Source of the DNA: Octopus bimaculoides
Lineage: Eukaryota
Direction of reading: 5' to 3'
DNA length: 64,000 nt
Assembly (NCBI RefSeq): GCF_001194135.2
Contig: NC_068999.1
Coordinates: forward strand, 49,157,381-49,221,380
Below the pieces are notes generated by a model. That model was not told the origin of the DNA, ran no database searches, and saw only the letters and a program-made list of their open reading frames with translations. Numbering within the stretch: position 1 is the first letter of the stretch; each line of letters begins with the position of its first letter. Below are positions 1-15,300 of the stretch, piece after piece. Position numbers and translations under genes: made by a program.

Positions 1-3000
1 TGCATCAATGTATATGTCTATATATATGTGTGTGTGTATGATGCATGTAGCTCATGTATACTAACATATACACATGTGCGCGCGCGCGACATTACTACAG
101 AGAGAATGAATAGGTAGAGATGGCTAGATAAATAGCCAAATGATATATATAGACAGATAAAGATGTTAAGGTAGATAGAAGACAGGACATAAAAGGAGAG
201 AAAGATAAATAGATAGAGGAAGAAAGACTGAGATAATAAGGGTAAAAAAATAGATAAGAGACAAAAAAGAAAAAAATTGAAGTGTGGGTTGTAAAATAAA
301 TAAACCAAAGACAAAGTGACCGCAGTGGAGTGTCCTCATTTTGCCGGAATATTATTTCACTTTGGGTCATTTGCAGTTATAAATACTGGTGTCTTTGACT
401 TTTATAAAGAAGCTTGGCTTACGCGAAGAGAGGAGAGAGGAAAAGAAGGAGAAAGATGGCGGTGTTGTTGGAAAGAAAGATTATTTTAGATAATTCTGTT
501 TAATACTTGAAATGGCCATTTCAACCGTGAATACGTACATACATATTACACATACGGACAAATATATGCGTACAGACACACATACGCACGTACATACACA
601 TGCATAATCATATACATAGGCGAGTGCACGCACAAACACATATTACCTATATATATGTGTGTGTGGTGCGTGTACGTTTTAGTGTTAAACATTAAAATGA
701 TAAAATTAACAATTCTGCCATCCATAAACACGCACATACACACATATAAAAGACTCCCCCCCCCATGAGTTTACCTTTCAGCTCTCTCTCTCTCTCTCTG
801 TTAACACACACATACACATCTATATAAGCATATACAAACAGACGTAGGTGTGTACGTACTCATATATACAACTTGTGGTATGTACGTACAGCGGGGTCAC
901 CTGCATGTGTTAAATTTCTTGAAAAAAAAAAAAACAAAGAGAGAGAGACGAACAAATAGAGAAGGGAAAGAGAATCATAAATCAAAAATAAACCTTTGTT
1001 TATATTGCAGCCTTTTGCCTTTATTTTATACACTTTTTTTTTCAATGAGCGCTATAGTTTCATTATGTTCTCCTGTTGACAAGCATCCAATATTTTTTTC
1101 GCTTAATTTCCAATATATATACTCATTTTAATTATTTTTTTAATGCATGGTTATCGTCAAAACAACAAATATATTAAAAATAAAACTATTTAAATGTAAT
1201 CAAATGTAGTTAGTAGAAAATAAGTCGTAATTATCACGGCCTTCTTTTTTTTCCAACACCCTCTCTCTGTCATTCTGATTCTCTTCTCTCTTGCTTTCTC
1301 TTTCCTTCGTTCTCTCTTGCTTTCTCTTTCGTTTTCTCTCTCCATTTCTCTTTCCTTTTCTCTCTCCATTTCTCTTTCCTTCTCTATCTCCCTTTTTCTT
1401 CAGTCTATATCTCTCCCTTTCTCTCCATCGATATTAGCTTATGTCACTTTCTCTTGTCTGACATCTTTTCTTTCCTCTTTCTCTCCGATCTCTATTACAT
1501 TAGGTACATCTAGTGCACAATGGTCTGCAACTTATGGGTCACGACCCAGATCGGGTCATTGTATGTCTCAAAGGACCACCAAAACAAATTCGTTTTCGTG
1601 ATATACGTGACATGCGCGTGGCCTAGTGGTTAAAGTGTTAGGCTCAAGATCATAAAGACCTAGGTTCGATTCATGCACCGGGGTTTTCAGTAACACTCCA
1701 TATAACTTTGTTCCAGTCCCTTCAGTTAAAAGAAGAGTACCGGCCCAGTGCTGGTACTCGTTTACGTGTATTTACTATATATATATGCTATTGTATATAT
1801 GTCTTTATAACGCATCCAGACGCAGTTTATGCGTATATACACAAGTACGTACGTGCCCGCATATATACAAATAGACAAATGCACAGACAAAGACTATATT
1901 ATATAGTCATAAACACATCTCCCTCCAGTTTAGCTCTTATTTCTAGCAATTTAGGAGTTTCCTAACACCCTAGTCACTTTTAATGGTAATTATAATTCTC
2001 CTTCTTATTGAAACATTACAAACTGCTGTTTATATTAATTCTGTGTGTATGCGTGTGTGCATACACACATATATATACATGTAAAACACCTTGGATCATA
2101 TATGTCCACCTGACCAGGGCTGCCATGGAATGAATGAGATAAAGAAAGCAAGGAAGAAAGAAAGAAAGAAGGAAAGAAAGGAAGAACATGAGACCACATG
2201 CACATAACTCACATGTCTCTTTGGAAGAAACACTCACAAACATACACAAACTCAATCATACACACACACACATCAGCACACAAACACACACACATTTACA
2301 ACATGTGACTGACAATAGAAAGAACAGTGCTATTGGTGGCAAATTTCTACAAAAACACTTGAATTCGAACTTGAACTAATTGTTTTGGCCTAGGAAGAAA
2401 AAAGAAAACGAAATGAATTGGATACATTCAAAATGGTTTTCAGCAATTTCAAAAACTTTGAATGATTCTATTGTGTTATTTTTTTATGTATATTCTTCCC
2501 CCACCATCTCAACCTAGTCTTCTGTTTTAAAAAGAAGACAGTTACTTTTGTAATATTATAATTAATTAATTAACTATCAACAGTCTGATTATTCCTGTTG
2601 GATATGGTGGTCTCAAGGAAATTATTATTTCCAACTACATCAAGGGTGCTTTATATAAATATTAAATCACTCTCAGTAACCGATTGATACTTGATTTCAT
2701 TGATCGCTGGAAAGGATAAGCAGCAATGATGACCACTGGGATAGCGAACACAAAACACAGAGGAACTGAAACGCAATACCGTTCGATGTTCGAACAATTC
2801 TGGTTTGGTCGATCGTGCCAAAAACACAAACTCCACGGTAAAAATAGATATTCAAAAACCTAACATCATCAGGCAATGTTTTCCGATATTGTATTTATTT
2901 ATTATTATGAATACACACAAAGCTAACCGAATCAATATTTTGCTTTCAAATGTTTTGAAGGGATGTCACTCAATGAATATGTGTGATCTATTGGACATGA

Positions 3001-3373
3001 AGTGTCAGTAAAAAATTTTAAGCTCATTCATAATTAAATATTTTGATGAAGTTCTTGGAGCGTTACTTACTATTGATTTGAAGTTTGGCAGACTCATTAG
3101 AGCATTGAAATCAAGAGTTTTTTTGGCATTTAATTGTGACTCTTTTATTTGTTTCAGTCATTTGACTGTGGCCATGCTGGAGCACCGCCTTTAGTCAAGC
3201 AAATCGACCCCAGGACTTATTCTTTGGAAGCCTAGTACTTATTCTATCAGTCTCTTTTGCCAAACCGCTAAGTTACGGGGTCATAAACACACCAGCATCG
3301 GTTGTCAAGCGATGTTGGGGGGACAAACACAGACACACAAACATATACACACACATGCATATTTATATATATA

Positions 3374-3745
3374 TCATCATCATCATCATCGTCGTCGTTT
3401 AACGTCCACTTTCCATGCTAGCATGGGTTGGACAATTTGACTGAGGACTGGTGAAACCAGATGGCAACACCAGGCTCCAATCTGATTTGGCAGAGTTTCT
3501 ACAGCTGGATGCCCTTCCTAACGCCAACCACTCCGAGAGTGTAGTGGGTGCTTTTACGTGCCACCGGCACGAAGGCCAGTCAGGCGGTACTGGCAACAGC
3601 CACGCTCAAAATGGTGTATTTTATGTGCCACCCGCACAAGAGCCAGTCCAGGGGCACTGGCAACGATCTCGCTCGAAAATCCTTACACTTGTCACGGGCA
3701 CAAGTGCCAGAAAGGCAATGCTGGGCACAGGTGCTATCCTGATTT
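3374..3745 (-). mobile_element. Retroposon family 'C' with (ATG)n tail (…GGAAGGGCATCCAGCTGTAGAAA…GGACGTTAAACGATGATGAT), probably an RTE-partnered SINE or LINE 3' end
   Basis: Trinucleotide tail and conserved GGAAGGGCATCCAGC core. Related copies near 24010-24235, 26540-26805, 29555-29750(-), 33385-33560(-), 38390-38635(-), 40225-40440, 53077-53325(-), 55815-56040, 59940-60060. Confidence 0.78.
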
Positions 3746-6700
3746 CACACTGAAAGGATAAACGGTAAAGTCCACCTTGGCAGAATTTCAACACAGAATA
3801 TAAAGATGCACGAAATGCTGATGAGCATTTTACCTGGTGTGGTAATGGTTCTGCCAGCCTGTCACCTTACTGTTATAATTTACCGTATTTTAACATGTAT
3901 AAGGAATCCTTTTTGTGTCAAAAATTAAGTTAAAAATATATGGGAGTTTCTTATACATGGATAGTATTATAATCCCTTATAAAATCTTTTTTCCAAATTT
4001 TAAGCCCCCAAAATTAGGGGATTCCTTATACACGTTGAAATACAGTAATATTATCAAGAATCATGTAAGGTAGTGAGTGAGCTGGCAGAATTGTTAGCAT
4101 ACCAGGCAAAATGCTTAGGGACATCTCGTTGGTCTTTACATCCAGAGTTCAAATTCTGCCAAGGTCAACTTTGCCTTTCATCCTTACCTCCTCCCCAGAA
4201 AATACAGGTCTTGTGCCAAAATTTGAAACTAAGAATTGCATAAGGTGGTAAGGTGGCAGAGTCATTAGCACACCAGGCAAAATGCTTAGCGGCATTTTGT
4301 CCATCTATGTTCTGAGTTCAAATTCTGTCGAGGCTGATTTTGCCTTTCATCCTTTCAGGGTTGATAAAATAAGTACCAATTGATCACTGGGGTTGACGTA
4401 ATCAACGACCACCCATCCCTGAAATTGCTAACCTTATGCTAAGATTTAAAACTAATATTATTAGGAATTATATATATAAAAAACAAATTGCTGAAATATT
4501 TCATGTGTTGTAGATGTATAGCTCATAAATTTTAACAGCAAAACCTAATATGGACCCCTAAGGACCATGTGGACCCTGGTTGAGAATCATTGACTTGGTG
4601 GAGCAAAATCTGAAAAGAAATTACGAGGCCAACCCACAGCCAAGAACACTGGAGAAGGGGCTCTTAAGTAAGGATTAGGCATAAGTAAAGTGTTCGGTCG
4701 TCTTTTACATACTGGATTTCTAATTGTAGCTGTACCCCTAGGTTACGATTGAACTTACAGACTCAATTTTGTGGGGTGGGGGGAGTGAAATGGTGGATAA
4801 GAGTTAGAGATCAGTGTTAGAAATAAAAGTTCACAAATCTTTGCTCATGGTATGAAAATATATGTGCATAAATGTGTGTGTGTGTGCTTATGTGTTTATT
4901 GAAATATGAGAGTGCAGATAGATAACTCAGATGATTTTGTAACCTGTCTGTCAATGGCATTGTGATGTGTCTATCACCAAGGAACTTGACATTCAAAATA
5001 AGCAGCATGTGGATACTTCAATGAAAGATTCACTATTGTAAAATTAGCCTTCTTTTTTTTTTTTTTTTGTCTGTGTGTCTCTTGTGGAAACATAAATATG
5101 CAGAACAATAGGCTCTCTTAGAATATCTGGCTCTAGATACAACTCTACATAAATGAGTGATCGAGGAATTAAGAGCTTGGACAGGAGTTCTTCATCTTTT
5201 TATGATTCCAGACTTTTAAAGAATTACACAATATGTCCTCATATCCACCTTAACCAAACAACCAAAATCATCATCACCATTTATATATTGGTTTCAAATT
5301 TCAGCACAAGGCCAGCAAGTTTGGGGGAGGGGACTGGTTGGTCATATTGACCACAGTGCTCAACTGGTACTTATTTTATTGACACCCAAAAGAATCAAAG
5401 GTAAAGTCAACCGTGGTGGAATTTGAACTCAGAATGAAAAGACAGATGAAATGCCGCTAAGCATTTTACCCGGCAAGCAAGCGATTCAGCCGGCTTGTTG
5501 CCTTCTCATCATTTATATATTAATACAACAGTGAATTCCTACCTACCTTTAGTGCAACTCTAAGAGAAGTAACTCAAATAGAGTAATAAAGAAATGGTAG
5601 TGGTGGTGTTGGTGGAAAAGTTGGCAGTGACAATAGTGTTGGTAATGGGGGAGAAAGATGCATGGAGAGAGGGGAAGGAATAGAGAAAAGGGGGAAACAA
5701 TAGAATCAATAAAAATAAAAACAGGGAGAGAAAATACAAGAGAAACAGAGGGGAAGAGAGAAAAGGAGAAGAAAGTAAGACAGAGGATTCTAAGAAGTAA
5801 ATATGCAAAAAAAGTTAAAGTAAATATGCAAAAAAAAGTTAAAGTAAATATGCAAAGGGAAGAGAAGAAATAGAAAGTCGGGAGTTTTAAACACAGAGAG
5901 TGAGGGAAGACTATGATTGATGCGGCAAAGTTTGTGATGTCACTGCATCTTTAGTTATCTCGTTCTCTCATTTCCCCCCTCCTTCTTTCTCTGCATTTGT
6001 TTGAAGTATTTTTGGAAGTATATCTTAGTTTTATTTCGCTGCAAGAAAGGGTAAATAAATACGTAATGACTAAGCGGGAGTCGGGGGTGTAAACGGAATA
6101 AATATAAACACACACTCAATGGGCTTCCATACTGTTTCTGATTTCTCAAGATATTAATGAACTCGAGGCTCTAATTGAAGACACTTGTCAAAGATGCAAC
6201 GCAGTGGGACCGAACCCGGAACGACATGGTTACGGAGCAAATTTTTAAACCATACTGCCATACCTGCCTCTAAATCATTTATATATTTATTTAGAATCCA
6301 CAGGTCACTGGGAAAGCTTCTATGTTTGGTTCACTGAGACTCAAGTCAGTCCATATGATCATATGAAAATAAGGAGAGAATACTTTGTAGTTAGATTTGT
6401 TAAAGCTTTGCTAACGTAGTTGTACAGTAGCAGAATAATGTTATAGCTTGATTATGTATTCGTCATTGTCCTATGATCACGATACGATATAATACTATTT
6501 TCTCAAAAAGCTGTAGCCACATAACTGAACTAGTGACAACTACTGGAAATCATAAACCTTCCCCCAGTTGAAGCATATTTCAGTTTACTCGTGCTTCTAA
6601 TATCTTTGGGGGAGTGCGTGCACGTCAGAGAATCTCTTATTACAAATGACTAACTATTTAATTTCTCCCCACTAATTCAGATCAACACAAACATACACAT

Positions 6701-7704
6701 CATGCAGTGATTAGTGGAGAGGACTTAATTCGTACGAAAAGAACAAGCCAAGCAGTTGCATCCTTGAAAGCATAAACTAACATCCATCCGAGTCGCGAAA
6801 ATGTTAGAACTACTACATTACATCACACCTCACCATTACTACTACATAACATTACGCAACGAGTCAGCGAAAGCGCTGCTATGTGGTCCCCAGAACAGCC
6901 AAATTGTCCCTCAGTTCACTCCCTACAATTTTCAGTAGGAAAAGTATTGGGTAATGTAGTCGTAGATACTTTAAAAAAAGACGAAATGGTCACGGTTGAA
7001 ACACTTGTGATCATAAACAACGAACAAACAAGGGAGCTGCTACTCGGTCAGTGAACCTGCTAGAAATAGCAGCCAAATAATACCCTTCAAATCGCAGCCT
7101 CCCAGTCTTAAAAAAAGGTACATTCAATATTGTAGTCCTAGATATAATAGGTGTAAATATAAAACAAAATACTTTTATCATGGATCTGTTTGGTTAATAC
7201 TGACCAGAAGCTAACCAATATATATATATGTGTGTGTGTCTGTATATATAAAGAAAAAGAGATGACAAGGGAATAAACGATTATCTTATGAACTTCATTA
7301 GCTTACACCTGTTTCTGCTAGAGAATGCAGTGGATTCATAGTTGAGTGCTTGAGTAACACCTTATAGCTTCATCGGAGCCTTAAATATGAAGTGCAATTT
7401 CTTTGGGAAAAACAATTACATTTAAGGTATACACACAGAAAAGTGTTACCAATGAGAAAACATGTATGTGGGGAATGAAATTCAGGTGCGCCTCCCATAG
7501 TTAGAATAAGATTAATGTTGAAGTGTGTATAAGGATAAATATACCGAGATGTAGAGAAACAGTAATTAGATCTACCAGTAAAAATAAATGTGTAAACATA
7601 TGCATACACAGACATGGATACAAATAAACACACATATTTACATATATCTATATATATATACATAGACAGACATTATATTCTTGGACTCTGATGCAATATC
7701 AGAG

Positions 7705-7745
<41 letters not shown>

Positions 7746-10700
7746 AAGCCATTGTTACATTTCTGACAATGCTTTCTTCTGTAAGGATTACATAATACAA
7801 ATAAAACAAAGAGAAAAGCGACAGAACACCATTTCATGGCGGCTATGTATCACCTATGTTTATCCCATAAAACTGTTTAAAAAGAGCAACAACATCCGTA
7901 ACCCACTTATTTTAAACTGTACATAATACGAGCTTTAGCTAAAATCTATATTTAACAAACCCTTACATAATAGTAAGCTATCGTTTTCTGTTAATCTCTC
8001 ATTTCCGTACTGGACAATTCACTTCATTATTTAGATTACAGTTTACAAAAAGAAACCAAGCAGTTTATATGATGCTTTTCTTTTTTGTTTCTTTGTTATT
8101 TTTCTCAGAAATATTTCTTCTTGGTTTTCATTCCTTGTCTCTTTTCAGACAACTATGGTTGTTTACACGGTGTTTAATTTCTGATCGTTCCTTACAAAAC
8201 GATATTCCTCTATCGTTTCCATTATTCTACCTCTCCTTACCTCCCTTCCTTTGGTCGTAGTTAATAATCGTTTCTTTATTTGCCACAAGGACATATATCA
8301 ATATAATAACCACCCTCTTGTTTCTCTTAAGATAATAGTAATGATTTCAAACGCTGGCATAAGACCTCCTCTAATGATAATAATAATGCTAATTATTATT
8401 AGCATTATTATGTAACCACTCAAACCGCTTCGGCTTTCAGTTTTTTTTTATTGACTAACCCGCCCTAGCTAATTCTATAATTCTCTTTCCTTCCTCCTCC
8501 TACGATCATTTTTGCTGCTGTTTCTTTAACCTTTTCTGTGTCGCTACGTCCCCTTTATACTCTCCTCACCACCCGTTTTCTTTTTCTTCGTTATTCTCAA
8601 ACCTCTCTTTCCTTCTCATAATCATTCTCAGTCTCTTCCCTTCCATTTCTGTGACCACCTCGCCTGTGTTTTCTTTCCTTCAACCTCTAACCTCCCCTTC
8701 TTCTATAACCTTCACCTTTTACAGCTCGTTTCTTTTCTCTCTCACTCTTTATCTACACCTTTAATTCTCCTCCCACTACTCCTTTAAAATTTCTCCCTTT
8801 CTTTTCTTACTAATTCTTTCGCATTCTTTCTTCCTCCTCCCTCTTTATTTCTCACACTTCCCCTTCTTTACCTCTTTATTTCTCTTCACTGCTTTTCCTC
8901 CTTGAGATATCTTTCTCGTCACATATCTTGGAGGGTCTAAGACTTGACCCATTCTTTGAGTCTTGCATTTTCCTTGCTATATGTCCTTAGTGTTTCTTTC
9001 TCACTCTCACTACCACGCAGCCATGTCTCTTTCCCCGTCATTTTATCATACCCCTCTCTCTATATATCGTTCGTTCACTGTATCTCTTTCCTTCCCAATA
9101 TATTGCTCCATTTTTTAAAAAATACTGTCTCGTACACCTTTATATTAGCAAGAATCTTATTTCGCTATCATATTTTATGCTTTTTTTGTTTAAAAAAAAA
9201 AGCCATTTCTATGGTAACGTGGAAGTTTCAATTTTCGGTTGTGACTCACTCCACTTACACTGTTCATGCCTTTAACAGAAAGGCATGAACGCCACTGTTC
9301 GTTTCTTCCTATTTAAGTCAATCAGGACGAACCACCTTTTGATGGATACCGTCATATACTGAAGGTCAAACAATTGACTGTTATTTACACATTAATACGT
9401 GGCATAAGCATTTCTAATACACAACGAAATTTCGTCATTGCATTGATCGAGAATAAAATTAATTCTCAATCTGAAATAATAATTCTCATCGTTATTTAAC
9501 ATTTTCAAAGAAAATATATGTATCATGATTTATTTTTAAATTTTTCGATTTGCTTTGTAGTCTTACTAGTTTCTCGTACTGAAATAATAAGAGACAACAA
9601 AACACCATACTGCAGGTCATTTCTTTTAGTCACACAGACAGAACGGAAAGAAAAAAGGGGGGGGAAATGCATAAAATATCCCCTAAAACATGTAAAACAA
9701 GGACATGGATAATGGTCTGAAAATAGCAAAATGACTTGATTCAATGAGGAAGGATCCGGGTTGAGAGGAATGGCGAGAGTAAAATAAAAGTAATATAGTA
9801 TTAAGAATGAGAGAGGGGGAAAAGAAGTATTGAGATAAACAGTTCAGGATGTGAATGTTAATGCAGAAAGTTGTGGTGGAGGAGGAAAAGAGATGAATAT
9901 TGTAGAAGGAGGAGGAAAAAGGAGAAGGGGAGGAAGAGTACAGGCAAACAGGCGAAGGGTGGTGATGTATGTAACGGAGAAGGGGATGCAGAGGGGAACG
10001 GAAGAGAGCAGGAGAAAAGTATAAGCTAAAATACGGAGGGTTAGTAGTGGCAAAGAAAGAGGAGAGGAGGAATAGGTGAGCGAAGGCACCACACGGGAAT
10101 GTTTATAATGGTGGTAGAGGCGAAGAAAAACGAAGAGGGTAAAAAGTATGTGAGGTGGGGGAACAGACAGACAAGGAAATGATGAGGGTGGTGGTAGAAA
10201 AGTATTTAGAGTCGACTCAACTGCACCTCCACTCAGGCAGCGAGAAAGCTACGAATAAGTGTCTTCTCTGTCTGGCTTGCTTTTGTTTCCATTGCTCCTC
10301 AATGGCGGCTACCAAACGAATTATTATATATCAACCAGTTTTGAATTATAATAATAATAATACTATTAGTAATTAATGAGGCACAAATACTCAAGATTTA
10401 TAGAGGAAAGCAAATAGAATGTGATATTCATGCCTTTCTCAACGAAGGGACATAAAATATAGATTCAACCTAAATAATGATAATAAATAATTATTTGCTG
10501 ATATATTCACTATTTCTCATTTAAATCAAATCTTTATAATTTCATTGTTCTATCGCTGTTTTTCTTTCCTCGAAAAACATATTTTCTTTTGAGTAAAACA
10601 TTTACGCATTTTTTTAAAGTGAAATACATATCTACATATAACTAGAATCTTCTTTTCAACCTCTGGCCAATGGTGTTCATTTACGATGGCTTGTAAATAA

Positions 10701-12346
10701 GGTGAAATGTTCTTTGCTTTCAGTGAAACGTTTAAAATGGCTGCCAGATTACGTTTTGTCAGAAATGAATCCCGCTGCTTATCTAAAGTCTCCCTTTCCC
10801 TCCTCTGTTACTCTCTATCTATCTCTCTGTCTGTCTCTTACCTTTCCCCTCTCTGTATCATTCATAAACTGACATTTTCTCTCTCCGTCTTTCTGACTAT
10901 CTCTTTCCTTCTCAATGCCATATCCAAAACCCCTTCCTTTCACAGAAACTGAGCCAATTGATTTTCAAAATGGCTGAAAGTATTATTACAAACAATTTTT
11001 AATAGATCAATTCTAATATTTTTAATATTTACGTTGGGGGGAGACAGCTTAGGCAGTAGTGTCGAACTAAATGCTTTATTGTATTTAGTTTCGTCTTTTT
11101 TCAATTTTTCCTTCAAATCTAATCAGAGTTGACGTTTTCATCTTTGGTGAAGTCGGGTCAATAGGACCAGTACCAGTAATATGCGGTGTCGATTTACGCT
11201 ATTGTATACTTCTCCCATACAAACGGTCTTTATGCATTGTCGAAAGGAATCAATATTTATATTTATGCGTTTGATGTGTGTATGAAATGAGATGTGTGTA
11301 TACGTGCGTAGGTAGGTATTACGTCGCTGCCCCTTAATGTATGTTTATATTCCTTTTTTGTTTTTATGAATGCAGTCCGTATATGAGAATTTCTATGAAT
11401 GCGTCGTAACAGCACATGTTAAACGGATACGAATGTGTCTGCTTGTGAATAGTGTATCTGTGTGTGTGGAGCATGAAATAAATTATTCGTCAATAGCTGT
11501 ACAGACGTCATGAACGCCAGAAGGAACAAAAAAGGGAAATTAACGTTTTTGACTTAAATTATTTGAAAGAAATGGACCTTTTTTTTTTAATCGCCGAACA
11601 TTTTATTCAAATCTTCTCTCACGTATTTATTTCTTCGCGAAAATAAAAATAGAAGTACAAAAAAAGCTGGTGTTAAGTGTGGTATTTGTAAATGGGTTTT
11701 CGTTATCTAGAGAAGAGAAATCGATCCGTCATCAGTCTCTCTTCATTGACCATTCTACTTCGTAAGCAGCACTGTTCTCTTTAATAATTTTGCAAGATCA
11801 CTTGACTCTGTAGGCAATGAACATCTTAACCAAAGGTGAGGGGTTTTATGTAAGGTGAAGGTCATACATGCATACATATCTATATATACATACACATGTG
11901 AATGTATATATATGTGTGTGCGCGTGTGTATATATATACATATAAATCATATATATATATATGTATATATAAATGTGCTGATTTACCTTCAGACTACGGG
12001 TGCTCATATGGAACACATTTCTAACGAGTAAACTCTCCAGAGTGAACGAACTTACACAATGTCATCGCCATTTTGCAAACGAAGATGCCATTTTCCTGTA
12101 ATTGTTTTCACATTGTAATAAAACGCGACCAAAATGGTAGTGCAAGCGAAACTGATTAGGTTTATTAATTATAGTTATTTAAACATGAACATATATATAT
12201 ATATTAGTTACCTCCGGTATTCAAGTATTATTTTTTTCCACCTTGTTTCACATTTACTCTGATGTTTATACACCTGTCTTCGTCTTTTGTGTTTCTGTAA
12301 ATTTCAACTATATATATGTATGTTTGTATGTATGTATGTATGTATG

Positions 12347-12383
<37 letters not shown>

Positions 12384-15300
12384 NNNNNNNNNNNNNNNNN
12401 NNNNNNNNNNNNNNNNNNNNNNNNNNNNNNNNNNNNNNNNNNNNNNNNNACAAAAAGACTGTGTCCCATCTAACAGCTGTTTCTGCTGCCATTGTTCTTT
12501 GGAATTACCATTATGATGCTTAGAAAGTATTTATTATAGTTTGGTAAAAAAAAAAACTGATTTGAATCATGGAGCTTCATCAGAGTGGAAAATAAATAAA
12601 TAAATAAATAAGACACAAGGAAAGAAGAAGGAAAGATTGAATATGGTGAGAGTCATGTCATGTTGCATGTAGAGCCATTGGACGATAAATAAATGACCAA
12701 AATTTAAAATAAAAGGGGTATTTGGTGGGATTGCAAATCAATTATTGTTCATCAATGTTATCTCCATTTTCTGTTTTCTTTAAATTTTGATTCCTGATAA
12801 ACTCCTACTTAATTTATCGACCCCAAAAGGATGAAAAGATGAGACTGACTTTGTCTTGCACCCTTTTGGAGGTCAATAAAAGAAGTACCAGTCAAGCACT
12901 GAAGTCGATGTACTTCAATTAACAACCTCACTCTAAAATTATTATTAGCCTTCTGCCAAAATTTGGAATCATTATTTGTATTATAAGGTCAATGGAGTGG
13001 CAGAGTTATCAAAGTGTCAGAGAAAATGCTTTGCAGTGTTTGTTCTGGTTCTTTTGGTTCTGATTTCAAATCACACTGAAATTATCTCTCATGCTTTTGA
13101 GTTTGATTAGCCACCAAACCATGGGATTGATGGAAGCAATCAACTCTTTCCCCCTTTAAAATTGCTGGCCTTGTACCCAAATCAGAGCCCGGGTGCTTGG
13201 CTTTTGAAATGTCATCAAGCATTCACAGTTCTCAACCAGTTGGGCAATGTTGTTAATTAATCATGCATTATCTTGTAGCATCAAGATTTCAATGATGTGA
13301 TTGTTTACATTTAGAATGACATTGTAAGTTAGGTGTGAGAGGTTAGATTTGGCCAGTTTGAACATAAAACAAATAGAATATTTGGGCTGGATATGGCTGG
13401 CTTAAATACTGAAGGGTTAAACAACATATATGTATTTGCCTAAAAAGGAGAACTAGTCTACATCATTGAATGCAAATGAAGTCACAGGTGTTATACCAGA
13501 GTTTGCCTTCTCCTAGAGAGATGTCTAAGCAAAGATTAAGAGTTTTTCTCTCCTAGCTGTTGGATGACCTTTGACTCAACTGAATTCATCTGCCTTTCAA
13601 CAGGTTTTGTTTCTCGTCCTGCTGAGTGTCAAACAAAATCCACACTCCTTATCAAGCAGGCTTGGTTGTGTTGCTGGTTTGGTTGCTGATGGCCTGACCA
13701 TACAGCAAGTTGTACTGGGCTATGTGTTATTAATAGCACTATGAGAGACAGTGATGTCTCTAACTTTTCAAAGAACATAAATACACTTTGTGAAGTGAAA
13801 TGTCTTCAACTAGAAATCAAACTAAATTGGGAATCCTGTCTACTCAGAGCTTAACTCTAATTTACCAAAGCCTATGGGACAGGCATAAATATTACAACAC
13901 CCAATAAGTAAGTGAAAATCCAGAGGAAAGGTCCCTAAGGCAGATATATATGGTTATACTTCACCAATATCTGGCATCCCTCGTGGCTCCATGGATGCAG
14001 TGAACATATTGACTTCTTATTCCTTTGTGGCTTATCCATAAGTACAGAGGTGATTATCACTACTTGGGATTAGGCCCCTGCTTCTGGAAACGGCCCAGGT
14101 ACAGCAGAGTTGGTGAAGTTTAAGTTATTTTCTCTGCAATACCATTGGCCAATGATAAAAAAGGCTGACCAGTAAGTAGGTGACATTGTTGTTTGTAATA
14201 AATATCTTGTTCAAGCTAAAAAATAATGAACTACTTCTGTATGAATTTGATAAATGATTGTGGGGGGCATAGACTAAATTTTAAACTGTGCTGTACATTT
14301 TATTTCTTTTTTTCTAGGTGCTTGTCAGAAGGAAGAACCTGTGCTATGACCTGCACAAATATTCTAAAACAGAGCAGTTTCCAGTGTTCAGGGGTCAGCT
14401 TCAGTCTAAACTAAAGTTAATTTATTTGCCAACGAAACTTGAAATCTAATCTCCATAAAAATAGTTAACTGTTAAAGAGACAAGAAACACCTATTTAATT
14501 ACCAACCATTGGATAATTGCTGATTAAATGCAGGAGATTAATGGATATTTGACATACTGCCAAATGTGAGAAATGCTGTCTTGTTACTTATCCAAATTCT
14601 CATATTATAACTGATTTACTATAGATGTATTAAAGATTCTCTTGCTGCAATAATCCTCTAATCTTTTACACAAGACTAGATCTAAGTGCATTATCATTTG
14701 TCAAAGTTAAGCAGTCAAACGAGCCAGAATAAAAAAAGGTGTCTTAATTCTTCATTCTGGATAGCATCTTTTTTTCATTCTTCATTAAACCTTTCACAAG
14801 TTCATGTTGTGAACACCTTTCAGACCTACCTGATTGAAACTCCTAAACAAACGGCAGCATCCTGACTATTTGGGGTCGAAATTTTTTTTTTTTTTGTAGC
14901 AACTAATGATGCCAACCATAGAAAGACCTGATCAACCCGAGGCTATCGTAGAAGTAGCAAGAGACACATGCCCAATGTTCTACTCAGTGGAATCAAAACC
15001 AGAACCATGTGATTATGAAGGAAGCTTCTTCACCACATAGCTATGCCAGTGTGTGTGTGTGTGTGTATCCATTCTTCATGCTGACATGGGTTGGATGGTT
15101 CATCACTGTCCAAATCATTTGTTGTGAGCTGCTATTTCCCTAGATTGATGTTCACACCTCTTATTTGGCTTGGTTTTTTTTTCTACTGGAAACCCTTCCT
15201 ACCATCAACCAATTTGTAGAATGTACCGGGTGTGTTTTCCATGGTATCACCACAAGAGAAGTTGAATAAAAGAACCTCAGTACCCCTAGCATTCTCTACT

